DNA of 64,000 nt from Styela clava (taxonomy: Eukaryota). The position numbers were made by a program, and so were the translations under genes. A model generated the notes under the pieces. It was not told the DNA's origin and searched no databases. It worked only from the letters and a program-made list of their open reading frames with translations. Numbering within the stretch: position 1 is the first letter of the stretch; each line of letters opens with the position of its first letter. This document shows positions 26,001-41,000 of the stretch, piece by piece. Location of the stretch: the NCBI RefSeq assembly GCF_964204865.1, contig NC_135253.1:14136001-14200000 (forward strand), written 5' to 3'.

Positions 26001-29000
26001 CCCCTGTTATTCATATTTTAAACAGAAATTTTTGACAATTATTATAAAATGTTGCTTGACTAAGCAATTTTTGTATCGAAACACAGGATATTCTGCTTTG
26101 CACATAGCGTCGTCAATCAACAAGCCGGAAGCAATCAAACTTCTTGTTACACACGGAGCCGAGATCGATCAACCGGTGAGTTACATAACGTAGTTTTTAT
26201 TTTGCTTCCGTCAAAATAATTGAATAGTTTCCTCATTGCGCCTTGGTCAGTATCATAGTTTTCGTGAGCATGCAGTCACCAGCGTAGCATGATATGTATC
26301 AACATGTAGCCTACCGAGGAACGGCGTAGAATGATCTTTTATTCTATTGGCACTTGGATAATGGACAGTAGAATATGATTTAATTAATTTTTTCATGTAA
26401 TAACAAACGTGGAATAATGTAAAGAAAGTTCATTACAAGCAACATATCTTGGTTGGTGCTCAATGAAATACCTGATTGCTGACACACCCGTTATTTACAT
26501 TCATTATGGGAAATATTTCCCTTATGCGAAATATGGAGCGCTCATGTCAAGTCGGCAATCTATGTTTACTTTTTTGACTAGCAAACACCGATCAGTCGCA
26601 ATATGTTATCAGCACCATAATTACTCGAATATGGTACACTAAATTTCTGTCTTGGGAGTACAGTTCTGGCGGCAGTTGAAATGCTGCTACAGCTTCCAAT
26701 GACGTCATGCACCATCCTCTCCATTGCAGCAATAGTCATAACGTAAAGGAATATCTATTAAAAATTCTTATTGTTGATATGAACTCATATACATATTTTG
26801 CAAATCACTTCGAGTGTTAAAATTTTTGCCATCAGATTTGTATATCCATTGGGTTTCTACGAGACTAACTATTTTACCTTCTTCCATTCTTTTGTTCTGG
26901 TGGATCCGTATGCAAATAATGCAAGGATGCTTTAGCAAGAGTGAAGATAACTAAACGAGGTCAGACTCCCTCAGAAAACATTTATCAAACTAAACGTTAC
27001 GGAATATATATATGGTAAAGTTCAGCAGGACTATTGAATCGTTTTAGATTTGTATATGCTGGTCGGTATCTTTTATCGAGTGCCCCTGCTCAGAGTGTGA
27101 GATTTCGCTACACAATTGGACTTTGAAGAAATCAACTATGATGCCAAAAGTGTGCTACTCATAAATATTGACATTTAGGATTGAATAGCCACAACCACAG
27201 GGCCATACAACTTATTGTACACAAGAGTGATTGACATACAAAATTCTGATAGCCCGTGAAAGTGAAAATTTAGTTTCGTTTACTTCCGCGATTTTGATCA
27301 TACAACACTACGCAATTAGATAGGGAAACAATACACTCATCATGGCATGTCTGTTTGTGTCACACCTGAACGACCCTCGCGTACTCAGTAATTAGCATGA
27401 ATCATTTTCCATACTCGCGATCTGGCAAGACCAAATAATGAAAAGAGTTGGCCGGCTTTTGTTTGACGCGGAAAAAATTCAACTTGTCAACATAGACCAT
27501 GAAAGCCGCTCATACTTACTAGTATAAGCAACCATTGCTTCGGAATTTCGCAACGGAAAATCCCTTGGTCGATGAGGTTTTCGTGGAGCTGTTTCGCAGA
27601 TAATAAATTACTCTGATAATTCGAAATTACCTTCGCAAGTTACCTGAAGGGGACTACGTAATAAAGTTTCAGGCGCACTCCCTGGATAAACAACAAATAT
27701 TTGAGTCATATGTTTTTTATTTTGTAGTTTTCTATCGACCATGTTAAAACAGTATATTAGAATTATATTTAAAGCATGAGCCACACTTGACATCCATATG
27801 ATTTAGTTTATTTCGATTTATTTGTTTCAAAATTTATTTATACCGAGGTCATGGAAACTCACCTAATGTCGAAACTAATTTCTAACCCAAAGTGCGACGA
27901 GATAACAACGAAATGAAAAGAATTTTGTTTTAATTAGATATATTATATTAACGTGAATCACTATGAATTGAATACGCATAACTTAATATTTATTCTCCAA
28001 AATCATCACTTTGATGATAAAACAGCTGAAAGCCCCTATGTATGGTATGAATGATTGAAATGTGACGATGATATTGCTGATTATGTTAATACAGCAAAGA
28101 GACTTCGTTAATCGACCGTAAACTATAATACAAAATCGGGATTAGAATATGGGCATGCATGTATTCTATCGATTGACCACAAAAAAGGCCTTTCAAAATA
28201 TACCTTTAGCTCCAGAGTTTTAGTATTGCGTGGCGGGGAATGAGTAAACAGCCAAATCAGAGATTCTAAATGATTAACTTATCATATAAAAAATGACCTT
28301 GAATTTCGTATTTTCATGTAGATTTACAAAATTTTCGGAGAGCGTTTGTTTTTTGTTTGGCATAAAAACAAGGTCATTGTCGCCTTGCCCTATGTGAGTT
28401 TCGACAAATGTTGACAATATTAGACCTCGGTATCAGTCATTTATGATTAATTATATTAAAATTTCGATATCAGGATATTGAAAAAAACATGTCAACAACT
28501 CGCAAGTATTTGGACACGACGTACTGCACTCTCTACCATGCTTCAATGCACGTCCTTTGTTGAGGAAATTATTTACTGAAAAATCCATGTGGTTGTCGCA
28601 TATTTTTAAATCGATAAACTTTGGAGTTCATACGTCCGGGAAACTTTTATACACGTAAAATAGATGGTAGATGTGAGGAGAGCTTTGTTGTTCCAACAAC
28701 AATTAAGAATTAGCAGAACAAGCAATACGTCAATTTTGAATTCAAAATGTACATCTTCTCCAGGTTTTCAAAAATGTCGTTGAGGCTCTTGTCCTAAACT
28801 TATTCCATACTTGTCGTACGTGGCAAACGAAATTTTTGAGACCTTCTACTCGACATTTCGATCCGTCCCAGCTCACTCCCAGGTATAACTATCCATTTTT
28901 CTAACTTTTCATATAGCCGAATCGGCCGCCCGCACACTACAAATTTTAACTTATTTCAACTGTGCCGACACTTGCCATTTTTCTAATAATAGAAAATCGT

Positions 29001-32000
29001 TTGTTTGGGGAGATGTTGCTCTTTGTTTCACTTAATGACACGGTAGTTTCCAAACTATAAATGTGATTATTTATACAATTCAAACAAAACTGACACTAAT
29101 TGGCAAAATTACCCTCTTTATTGGACGTATCCGCGTATATTATTCATAAAATCATTGAAACTGCTTCTACTATGCACGAATGTGTCTCTTAATTCTCTGA
29201 AAAATTTGTACCTACTGAGTTTTTTACCACGTTTTCTGGGACACAGGTTAATTATCTTCGACGCCAAAACAATATCGGTCAAAACCGCCGAGTGATGATG
29301 ATTTCCGACGTTTTACTAGGAAATCAAACATCACACACATTGTGACGCTTATGATTGATACGTTTGTATTTAAATAAGTTATTAGAAAGGTGCACGTTTT
29401 TATGTAAAATTGACGCGTTTGCTACTGATATAACAGCCGCAAACAATTACAAGCCATTGCAAGGTTTTGTTTCGATACTATCACCTCATAAATGGTATTT
29501 TCACGTATATTATATTAGCAATGTATTAAGAAGAATACTCATATAATATTTGTATTTTTACCATTAGTTATTTTGTTCAATTTATCATCTGTAAAGAAAT
29601 ATATAAATTATGTCTGGCTAGACACTGGATGCTAGGTTGGCTTCAAAATAATAGAATGTATGTATCTTGATGATTTATAAGATGACATGTTCGGTAATTA
29701 ATTATACCAGAATGTTCATTAAAGTCCCAATTTATTTTACTTGATACACCTTATCATCATATACGTGATGTCACACACGTTTTGGGTGGTGGAATGCCGC
29801 ATTTTTATAACACGCTTATACGAAAATGTAGATATTCAAAGGCAAACGTAAACAACTGGCCATTATTTGTCAGCAACACCAATAAAAATATTCCGCAAAC
29901 GAATTATATTGAATGAAGCACAAAATGTACAAAAACTAGTTTAGCATATTTTCACTGCTAGGTTCTCTAGATAGGATAAGAAGATTGCCTTTTAGATTAT
30001 TGGATGCAGTTTTACCATCAAAATATTTCTGCTACATATGCAAAGCTACCGTTTGTATGATCCTAATTTTTGGACCAGTAGACATCGGCTCAATCCGACA
30101 GATTATCTGTTAAACCGTTCAAATTGGTTCAAAATCTTCCATTTGGTTCCAATAAAAAGATAAAACGTTTCCAAATGCAATATGGCACTATATTGGATGA
30201 AATATGTTTCCGTTTGCCAATATTATTCTGCGTGAGGTTTGAGATTTTTTTAAATAACCATTCCAATTCAAATACCATCCTCGACTCGCGTATAACGTTT
30301 TCGCGTATAACGATGTCGCTCGCTTACATAGATGGCACATCTGGTCAAACCAAACTAAGTTATATCATTTTGTAGTAGGTAAAGATTACATAGCACAATT
30401 TTCCTATATATAAATTGTGGTACATATATAATTTTGACGTAGAATACCCGAAAACTATTTGTACTGATGAAGCACACCATGTATTTCGTCTATCATATAA
30501 CTATTAGTGTTAAAAAGTAACATCTGTTTCCCATATTTTCATGCACAATCAAGTATATGTCAACTGTGACTCTCGCTTAATTAAACGTTAATCAAGTTTA
30601 TTGCATCTTAACAGTCATGAAAGAATTAATAAGATACACAAATAGACGACATACACAGAACTGAGCGTGCTTGTCTTTTGCCTTGTTCAGAGCCAAGATA
30701 TGGCATATGTCACAAACGTTCGTTGCTTCTTTGATAAAAATACATTGAAAACCTTTTTCGGGGCCGATGAGCTGGTAGTTAATAAATGCATGACACGAGG
30801 AAAGGTTTAGTAGAGAGACTTTGACTAAACCATCCTGAAGTCCACATCTTCCAACGGTAATCGCTAGCGCGTCAAATTTATGAAATTCCTGGACGTTATG
30901 AGTAACAGAATGCGATTCGACAAGTTACACTTAGTGTAAATTTTCCATTACAACCGTCGGACAGGATTTTGCTCGATATTCGATATCATAATATTATATC
31001 ACGTGACACTAGAAAATACTTGCAAAACTGCTGTAAGGTTGACAATATGATTTTTATGATTAATAAAGCACCCAATCAAAATCGAAATTTCATAAAACCT
31101 GATTTACGCATCGCCCACTAGTTGCAATGGCTTACAGACTTGACCATCAGTCATAAGTACAGTCAGCACTAGAAAGAATTATTTAATCTGTACTGTTTGA
31201 TGTGTCGCAGTCATTTCCTATTAATGACTGTCACATCATCGGTACATAAACTTGCACACAATGCTTTTAGGCAACCGGTTTGGCGGAAGTAAATTTTAGG
31301 TTTTGTGTACCGAGCACTCGTATTTAAATATTGCGTAAGGTGACTGGGACGATAATACAGTCACAGCATCATATTTATTCAATGATTAAAACAATTATGG
31401 CTCAATTACTTGAAATTCGTTGTACTAGAATCTTTCCATTTTTGTCATCATGTCATTTTGAATATTTACGACCCCGTATATTTCCTTTATAACACGTAAG
31501 TTTCGTGCAAGGACAACTATTCTTTGTTCACTTGAAGAATTGCATGAAATTGTTATTTCATGATTAGTTTTTAGTTAAATTAACTGTGCATTTTATAACG
31601 TTCGGAACACCAAACACCACGTTTCATTTTGTTTCTCTTTTGTTATTAGGATACAAAAAGCGGGAAAAGCCCTCTGTACATCGCAGTGCAAGAAAAGAAC
31701 GTTGAAGCGACTCAGGTGTTGTTAGAGGTAATTCGATACGCATTTAGTTTTGATTTCATATATTTTATGCTTAGGGGTGTAAATAGTATGAGTTAAAGAT
31801 AGCGCTGTCAGACTGTGTTTTGATTGATTCCGATTTGTGGAATATTCCATCGATAGAGTATGTTGCTTTAATGTTGGTGTATGTATTGCTGGGTTTAGAG
31901 AAACGATTTTACAGTATTGCGCTTTAGTGCACGAGAAAGAAATTTGCAATTTTCAATTATACATCTTTCCTGCTTATTTTATCATTCATAATTACCGTTA

Positions 32001-35000
32001 CGTTTTTCCAGCTTGGGGCAGATTCAAATAAGTTAACTTATTTTCGTGATTCTCCGTCACAACTTGCATCAAGCTCAGACAGGAGACATTTATTGAGACT
32101 TATTTCAAGATACGACTCATCTCATCCTGCCTCACCTCCCGCTTTGGGAAGGCGTAACTCTCGTAGAGTAGGTGACGTTATGATCAAAAACACTCATGAA
32201 CAAAATAACTTCATCATCAACGAATCTGAGAGAAAAAGTTCAAATAGTCAGGTATTATTGCAATTTATTTACTCTCTAGTTGTTGGAAAAAAGTAAAATT
32301 TTAGTTTTTGTAAAATTAGTTACAACCTTAATATTTAAACCGAAAAAAATAGCCAAAAAATCTGTTTAATTCTACAGTGAACCACGGCCTCGTCAGGTTC
32401 GTCCTTTCCATCTTATGCTTAAAATGCACGGACGCGGATGACAGCGAATCTATCACATCTTATGTTTAAAATACATGGGCGCGGATGACAGCAAATGAAG
32501 TAATTAGCAAAAATTTACGTGAACTACCATCAGGCTTGGGGAATGACAATTCGCTCTCAAAAGTAGTCATACCTTCGAGGTTCGAATGCAGAGTTCGCCC
32601 TCTGACTTTCGGTGTTGCAGTGGCTATCGCTTACCCTAATAAATCCCGCAATTGAACCGGGAATCGCTTCATTACGCTTGTTCAAATTTAAATAAATGAA
32701 TGTTCCTTGTCCGGGCTTGAAGCTGATCCGTAAGAAATTGATATATACGCAAACTTCTAACTTGAAATGCGGAGATATAATTGAGCGTGTCCCATGTTAA
32801 TGACGTCGTTGGCGTTTAAAGCTGCATTTTGCACACGGGACTGGGTGCAAAATAGTCATGGTTTGAGATAATTTGCCTTATTTCCGTTGTGCCTGCAGAA
32901 AAATGAAATACTCTGAAAGATAGTGATGGGCCTGCTATATCAGCACATTCACAGACGCTATGTTGTGGTGTTTGAATCCGATAAAAATAACAGTCGACAC
33001 CTACGTTCTTATTGTTAATGCAAACACAAGAAAATGACAGTTTATACAGCAAAGTGTTGCAATGCGAAACCGCCTCCTAAACAATACAAACAGAAACGAA
33101 ACCAATGACAAACAACAATTCAGGGGCGGTTTTGGGTATATTTTCAGAATGGCATTTTTGAGTCAGTGTTTTCGTTTGTTGATTTTGCTAATTTTGAGTT
33201 AGATCGTAGATTACTTTAACTGTATAAGATGCAATTGGTATGCTACAAAATAAATGAAGCTCTATGCAAAAATCTAATAAAGCAATGCTTTTCAAATACA
33301 GTGAAGAACAAGATACATTCGACGAAAATATTAATGCGAGTGAAATATTAGAAAATAATTGGGTGAATTTATAGAGTATACAATTTTCTTACATGTGAAA
33401 AACATAAGACCCTAACACCTAATATAAGCCATTATGTTCATCAAGATATGAATATCACGATTGTCACACGAAATTATTTAAATTACGCATATTCAAGTAC
33501 TTACTATACTTGTTATTTGTCTTGTTAGAATTCACTACTTTGGTTAGGCGCAAAAATAATCCGTAGATAATCTGTAACAAAAGTTTGATGCGGCGATTGA
33601 GCTATGTGTGGTTTTGTAAAGGCCTGAATTTAAGACATGAAAGTGCATTATCATGGTAATGGTCGGGATATTCCGTTCGCGTGCGACGCAGAACAAACGT
33701 GAGGGAAACGAAGAAACGTTAAAGTACGTCGATATGACGCACTGCCAAGTTGGTACGCAAGTACTAAATGTCACGCAAGCCTCTCTTAAAACATTAATAT
33801 ATATTTATATAACTAGGTATAAGATCGTCTATAAATAATATAGCCGATAATAATTTGTTTATGCAAATATTTTTGCTATAATTTCATTACAATTTGGCTC
33901 GTTTGAAAAACTCAATTAGAAACACATTAAGCTGAAGGTAATCAAATTACAATATCTTATTGAATATTGAATGACACTAATATTCTATTCACTTTGACCA
34001 CTGTTTATGAATGAAATGGAAAATTATAAATCCACTTTGATAGTTTTTAAACAGATTACATTAGAAAATGTTACCGCCATGACCAAATTCTGATTTCATT
34101 TGAAATTATATTTGACAAAAATTAATATTCGTATTTTTATTTGTCAGGAAGCCATAAAAAATAAAATTGATATTATTTCGCACTGTGCCCCAATTTGACT
34201 ATTACGAAAAATTGGACAAATAAGTTTATTTTTACAGTATTATTCCCACATCAAGAAAAAATTGAGTAAAAGGCGTCAATGAACCGTCTCAAATCAGATT
34301 TAATGTGCTTTTGATTAGGAAATTGATTTGTGTTGTGCGTGCCATGTGAAACCGAAAATAACTATGAAACTGCGACTCTGTTGGTATGTCGGGAGTCGAT
34401 CGGGTCAAGGCGATATAATTTCCTATTACTATATCTTTTTAATTTATTCTTACTTATTCAAATTTCAATTATTGCGACATAAATGGATTTAGTATAGGGC
34501 GTTTATTATTTAAACAATCCAATCATGAATGTTTTCCCGTTTTTACAAGATCAAGCGTGGGCCATTGATGGAGCTCGCTATTCTATGGATCATACTCAAT
34601 GAACAGTCATCTAAAACCTTTTTTACGATATGTATCAAACAAATGTTATTGTACCGTATAGTTACATTTTATTGGACGAGACATCTGTTAGGATTGCAAG
34701 AACTTTTACAGTCTTTAGTTTGTTGTAACACAGCAGTAGAATTAGTTAGTTCGATGTGAAACGTATTTTCCTGGCGTTTGAAACTGGATTAGAGTCATAA
34801 GGTTGGCTAGATACACTACTCACGATATTTTGTTATCATCAACAGTGGCACTGAAATAAAAAGATGTAGAGACACAAAAATATGTTATGTTCTTATTATT
34901 TCTCATTCAAAAAGTGTCGCACAACCAGTCATAGATAATGCGAATCGTTATTGAATGATTCTATTTAGAACTCCGTTTGGTAAATGACAGCAGCTTAGAT

Positions 35001-38000
35001 TCAAATCCTATTGTTTTATTGGAAGATATTTTGAAATATGAATATGAAACAATTGACCTATTGAATGCGTAAGGTGAAAAGTCCTAATTGCTTCCATTTG
35101 AATACAAATTCAAAAAAATGTAAATTTATTAGATTGTTTTGCTATAGAACGTGAATGAATATTTGATTATTGCAGGGGATTTTCTGATGTCCAAATGGTT
35201 TAACGGCTTTAGTTAATATAAAAACAACGGAATAATACATTTGAATGAGTGAGTTATTCACTATGGCATCAAAATTTCAATCAGTGAGCAAGGGGAAAGA
35301 ATACTCAGTACCAAATCGCCGTTTACTTCGTCTAATGCGTGGAGAATTAGTGTGCTGCCATTATGGTTTTCTTTTTCTATACATGTGTCCGCAATATTTA
35401 TCATTGTGCGCGACTCACTCGAGTTTGTTCATTGCGATAGTTTAATACGGTAATACATTACGCAACTTGATGAGATCACGATAAGGTCACAAAATTTCAC
35501 ACGGATTTTGGTGATTGTGTAAATATGACGAGTTTCCGCCCTTTTTACCGCTGTTTCGTTTGCACGAAAAACCTCGCGAACGAACAGTGTAACTGAGGTC
35601 GAGTAATAATAGAATCTATGTTTCAGGAACACTCGTAAACCTTCAACCCCCGGTAAATGTCCATACGGTGTATTATTCAATTTCTGGCAACTCATAAGTC
35701 GAAGTTGAAAATTCTACTACGCTTTCATTTAAAAAACAAAAGCTTTGTCGATCGCAAATGATTACATCACCGATGAATGAATTTCACTTATGTTTCCCAC
35801 CTCATCTATAGTTAACGTTTAACATTTATAGGTCAATTTCATATCACGCCACAATTCTTCGCACTTGAATAGCATGATTTCTCAGCATATAAATGGAACT
35901 TTCGCGTTGATGACGGAAGACTACATAATTGCGGTAACATGCTATCATTATATTGATAAGGTTTTGAACACCGAGAAGTTAGTTTCGGTTTACTAAGCAT
36001 TTACAGGTTTTTCGTGCGCAAAGCATTACTGGGTGTATAGAAAGATAAATGTTTTGAGAACTGAACGATTTCGTCATTTCTGAGTTAATCACGATTCTTA
36101 TAATAAATTAGTTAAATAGAGTTTTGCTTCGAAAATGAACTAAAAACGTAACGCCAATCTTAATTGGATACCTGTGCGACGGTTGCTTACCGAGAAAATG
36201 GAGGATATCATGTATGGCCCACATTTAAAAAATAAACGAATTATGGAAATCGAAACCAATAAAAGGTAATTACAAGGAAACAGGAGTAAATTTACTCCTT
36301 TTATGAGAAACTTGTGTGACATAAAATCTGTAATTGATTCTTCAAATATATAATTCAAATGAATTGAAACTCCCATAACATTCTTCACCGTGTTTCATTA
36401 CAGACATTCACAGAACCGAAACTGCGTTCTCAGTGCGATTGTAACATAATTTTGGTACATAATGGACACGCTATATATACATTCTCCACAGTGAAATGTC
36501 AGCCAAAGTTCTGAAATACCCTGTCTGTGGTTATATAGCTATTTGGCAATACTATGAATTCTATTTATTCTCTAGTGAAAGGTCAAATTTTTGTCTCTGA
36601 TATTAGTTTTGGTCCATGCGGATAAATCAGTATATCAGGCATCCACTTCTTTCTCTGCTTTTACCAATTTTACGATATTTTACTGACGTTTCAACGATTT
36701 CGTCAGTGAATTATAGTCAGAACATTTTTTATATGCTATATTCATTGACGGGAAACGATTTTTAATTTGTGTTATGGATAGGGTGGTTTTTGAAGGAAAT
36801 AAACGTGAAAGCAATGTAAATGTAAGATTCCAAACCGGATCAAATACATTTGCTACCATGTATTGTTGTCATTTTAAGAAAGTCAATTTATTACCCAACA
36901 TATTATTACCTACCACCTATTGTCTCTTGTCTTTTGTCATATATATTTTATGGAACATTTGGCGGACGTATTTAATTGTGTCATAAAATATCGCCCCTGA
37001 AATAAACATCCATTTGATCATTTTCCAAAGTTTCTGCCTCTATGAATAATATAAATTTGTCATTTTGTTCAAGTACGTGACAGAAGTACGTCACACAGAC
37101 TCAGATAGTAACTGAAAAATTCTGATATATTTGCATTCATTAATTTGGCCTTTTGTTTAGTAATTCAAACTGTTTATGTTTTGATAAATACGAAAGCATT
37201 GTATGAAAATATTTCTCTGTATAAATGACTGACACGCGGTTTGTGGGAATTTTTATACCGTTGGTGTTCCGGATTGAATCTTGATTTTCAAAAGATACGA
37301 GTCAAAATTGCTCTCGCGATATAAGTTCGGAATCCTCGCCGGTGGATTTTTTCTCTGGAAGTAGTATTAGAACATGATATTGATGTTGTGTTTATCATAT
37401 TATATGACTATTTCATGCCGTGTAACCAAATTTCTCACTTTTAAAAAGTCCGATCACTTACGTATATCACTCGGTAATATTCTTATCTGACGTTCACCGT
37501 TTACATATAGATTAACCCCGCTTTTTTGTTTCGTCGCTGTCTAGCAGCCGAAAATTTTCTTGTCAAACAAGTAAGAATGAGTCACAGAGCTGCATTTATG
37601 TAATGCAGACGTGATTATTGGGAAATTTCTAGTTAATTATACTTTCATTCGGACTCGGATAAAGATTTCATCCTGTCGCCTAATTGTAGAAATTTATATT
37701 TCAGCTGTTTCAAGACCAATCTCAAATGTCATCGGTCACAAACGAGTCAAAATCTGAATCTCCACGCCGCAATGTCATAGTCAAAAATTCCCTAAACAGC
37801 GAGTGCGCAACAGCATCTCTTTCACAAAATATCAGAAGCATAAACACGGAAAATCCAAAAACAATAAAACGAGAACCGGGCTGTACTTCCCCTTCGTCAT
37901 ACCCTATTTCTATCGAACCGGTCTTGTCGACAGAAACAGAGACTAGCAAGTTCAATAGCAAGGCGTTAAGGTCCATAGAGCAAATGCAGTCGCAACTGGA

Positions 38001-41000
38001 TAGGCTCCACCGAGCTCGAGAACAACATGCCCGACTTGTTGCCGGTGACCCGTTGACTCGTATACCTGCCTCAATTGCTGCGTCGTTACTCAGACAGCGA
38101 CCACAAGAGCCATTCGTATCCCTATATCCACCTGGGGCTTTGGTAAGATCAAATGAAGGTGACAAGTTTAAATGTGCGGAAACGACTGAAAGGGACAATG
38201 AAGGCGAGATCAGTCAAAAGACAAAAGAAAAGACTCCGAAAAAGAAAAGCGTGACGTCGTCCAGAGGCATGCGGTCACTAAAGACGTCTTTTCTAACTTC
38301 AATAACGCCAGCCACAAACTCAGTTTCGAAACGTAAGACAGGCGCGTCAAAATCAGTCAGTGAACCTCTGGATCTCAGCCATCCCGATCGTGAAGTCACA
38401 ACAACAACAGTATTGCATTTGGTGAGTCAGCACCCGCATTCCTAGCGTTTTTTCTTGTTCGCTCTCGTTTAAAGAAAAAATATCACAAATCACCGTAGGG
38501 TAATATTACAAGCAACAAATTAATAAGCGCGTTATTGTGATATTGAAGGCGAGAGCGAAACGAGCGTTATTGTGGAAGAGAAATCGGTTTCATTCACGGT
38601 ACCAGACGTTTATTTATAGTGGCCTATGTACTACACACGCACGCAATCGCTGGTGGTTTGAATATCATAGCAAAGAGAGAAAATGATCGATACCTCGATA
38701 TCTTTTTTCATCGTTGCTTCATACGTTCATTACGCGAGATAGGCCTTGGTAGCACACACAGTACGGGAATAGTATGCGAAGAGATAGTCGCAGATTATAT
38801 GGTACAAAATCGCATTCATTCGACTAGAAATTACTTTGGTGTAGGGTTACTGAAGGTTTCAAAATGTTGATGCAAACTATTTGTTGTAATATGGTGAGGA
38901 TAGGCTGCTTCCATCATAACAATTCAGGTAACGGCGATGTCAGCAAACTTATCCGTGAAATCAAGTTCGATTGTTTACCAAGTTGTGCGGCAGCATACTT
39001 CACGAGACAAGTGCTTTTACTGCTAAAATTTTGTTCCAAGATGGCGTAATTTTGAAATATGTGAATGCTGATATTTCGTTATATTGAAGTGCAAAATACC
39101 ACTGTCATGCTGTGTAACTTTGCCTTTTTATACTAATACTGACTAATAATCTGTCAGTTTCGTCACTCATATGTGTGTAGTATACTGGTTCGCAACACGG
39201 TATATATATTGTTGGTGATTCTGTTTAATTATCAATCTCCGTCGTTGATCTTGGAAGAAAAGGTTTCAATTTCATTTTATTTTGCTTATTTTTGAGTTTA
39301 ATTTTATATTTCTCAGGACGATAATAATACAAACATGCTTTTGGAGGATAAAATGAACACTGAAGTGGACAATGACAAAGCTAAGACCAAGGAGTATGTA
39401 GCTGAACAAGCGGATTTACACAGCAAAATTAAAAAAGAAGTTGTATCGGACGATCCTGACAGCGTAACACAGGGAAACACCAGCCCGCCAACCATGCATT
39501 ATCCGACACTGATTACGCAAGCTGAATACCCCACTTTTCCAAAGTATACTAGTCAGAACTTGAGAGAATCATTTGTACCTTTTGTGAATCCGTGGCTTAA
39601 TTTCCAGGGAGCAATTATTAACCCAAACGCGTTTCTGACTCAAGCAGCATACGGTTATATACCAACAGCGTTAGGAAACAGTGCAGCAGCACAGTTACAG
39701 CCAACGCTTCCGCCATTTGACCCTAACGGAATTTCTCAAAGAAACCACTTTGCAGCTGGGATATCACAGTGGGTAAATTTATCACTCGATGTTGCTCGTG
39801 CAGCAGAAAGGTTACGGCAACCTCGAATTGACGAAGAATCTGCCGATAGCATGAATTCCCGAAAGCGAAAAGCAACAGACGACATAGAAAATCATAGATC
39901 ACCAGCGAAAGAAAGTGAATCGGATAATTTATCGTTTTCACGCCAGTCGGCGGAGAATGGCAAGAGATTTCGTTCACATAATTCCACTGCAGTACACTCG
40001 GAAGGACTACACAGGTCTGCCAGTGATGACCCAGGAAATTCAAGAGAGAAAGACGAACAATTATCTTCAAACAGAACGCTGAAACGACGAAACAGTGCAC
40101 CGTCGACTGGAGTAGCCCCGCAAGTTTTGGAGGTGAGTGCGTCTCTTAAATTTTGACAGCCAAATTGGAATTATTCTCTTTTAAAACGTGGATTATGCCT
40201 AAGTCTTAGCAAAATTTATATAAATGAATTTTTAAACTTCTTTCTATTCGCGAAAATCCATTCCATACTCAATTCCATTCCATTCCAAATATTTCTCCAT
40301 TAAAATATCCTGAAAGAAATGTAGTGGTTAGGTGTTCTAATAGCGTTTGGTTTTTGAAACGAATGACGTACGTAGTGCAAGTCAATCAGCGTTAATACCC
40401 GATACAAACATTAAAAAGTGTTTCATTGACATTTCGAGAAATTGCGTGACTAGGCATGCATAATGTTGTCGACGCATCATAAACGTGATTTCGAGTCGTG
40501 TTGGAATATGAATCCTGGCTGGACTGTCCTTAACTATTTTTGTCGTCAATTTATATTTCATAGATCTGAGACTATTATTGATTTTAAAGGGTTAATACGG
40601 CTAAAGTTCATTGAAGGACTGAAAGAAGTTTGTGCCACCAATTATCATGCTGTATCTATTACAAGAAATGTAATAAGTTGTATATGACCTGATGCTAGCT
40701 GTGCCCAAAATATATACTTACCGTGTCCGTTCGGATCACGATATATTAGGAAGAGTTTCTATGGTGTGAAAGAATTAGAATAATTCTACTATTAGATGCG
40801 TGGAAGCTTGATTATTGCAGTAGGTATTAAAAAGTCTGGTTCGCGACCTGACTATCTGTGCCATACCAACTATATATACTAGATTCTCATATCTGTCTGT
40901 AGTGTGTAGCTACTATTTATAAACAAAATTTACATTTTAGAAAGAAGATGACAGAAGAGTTGCTCCCGTCGATTTGCATTCCTACGCTGGATGCCTGCCT

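Noticed and set aside
32575-32665. gttcgaat B-box as a tRNA gene
   Set aside because: No cloverleaf can be built; more likely a decayed SINE head.
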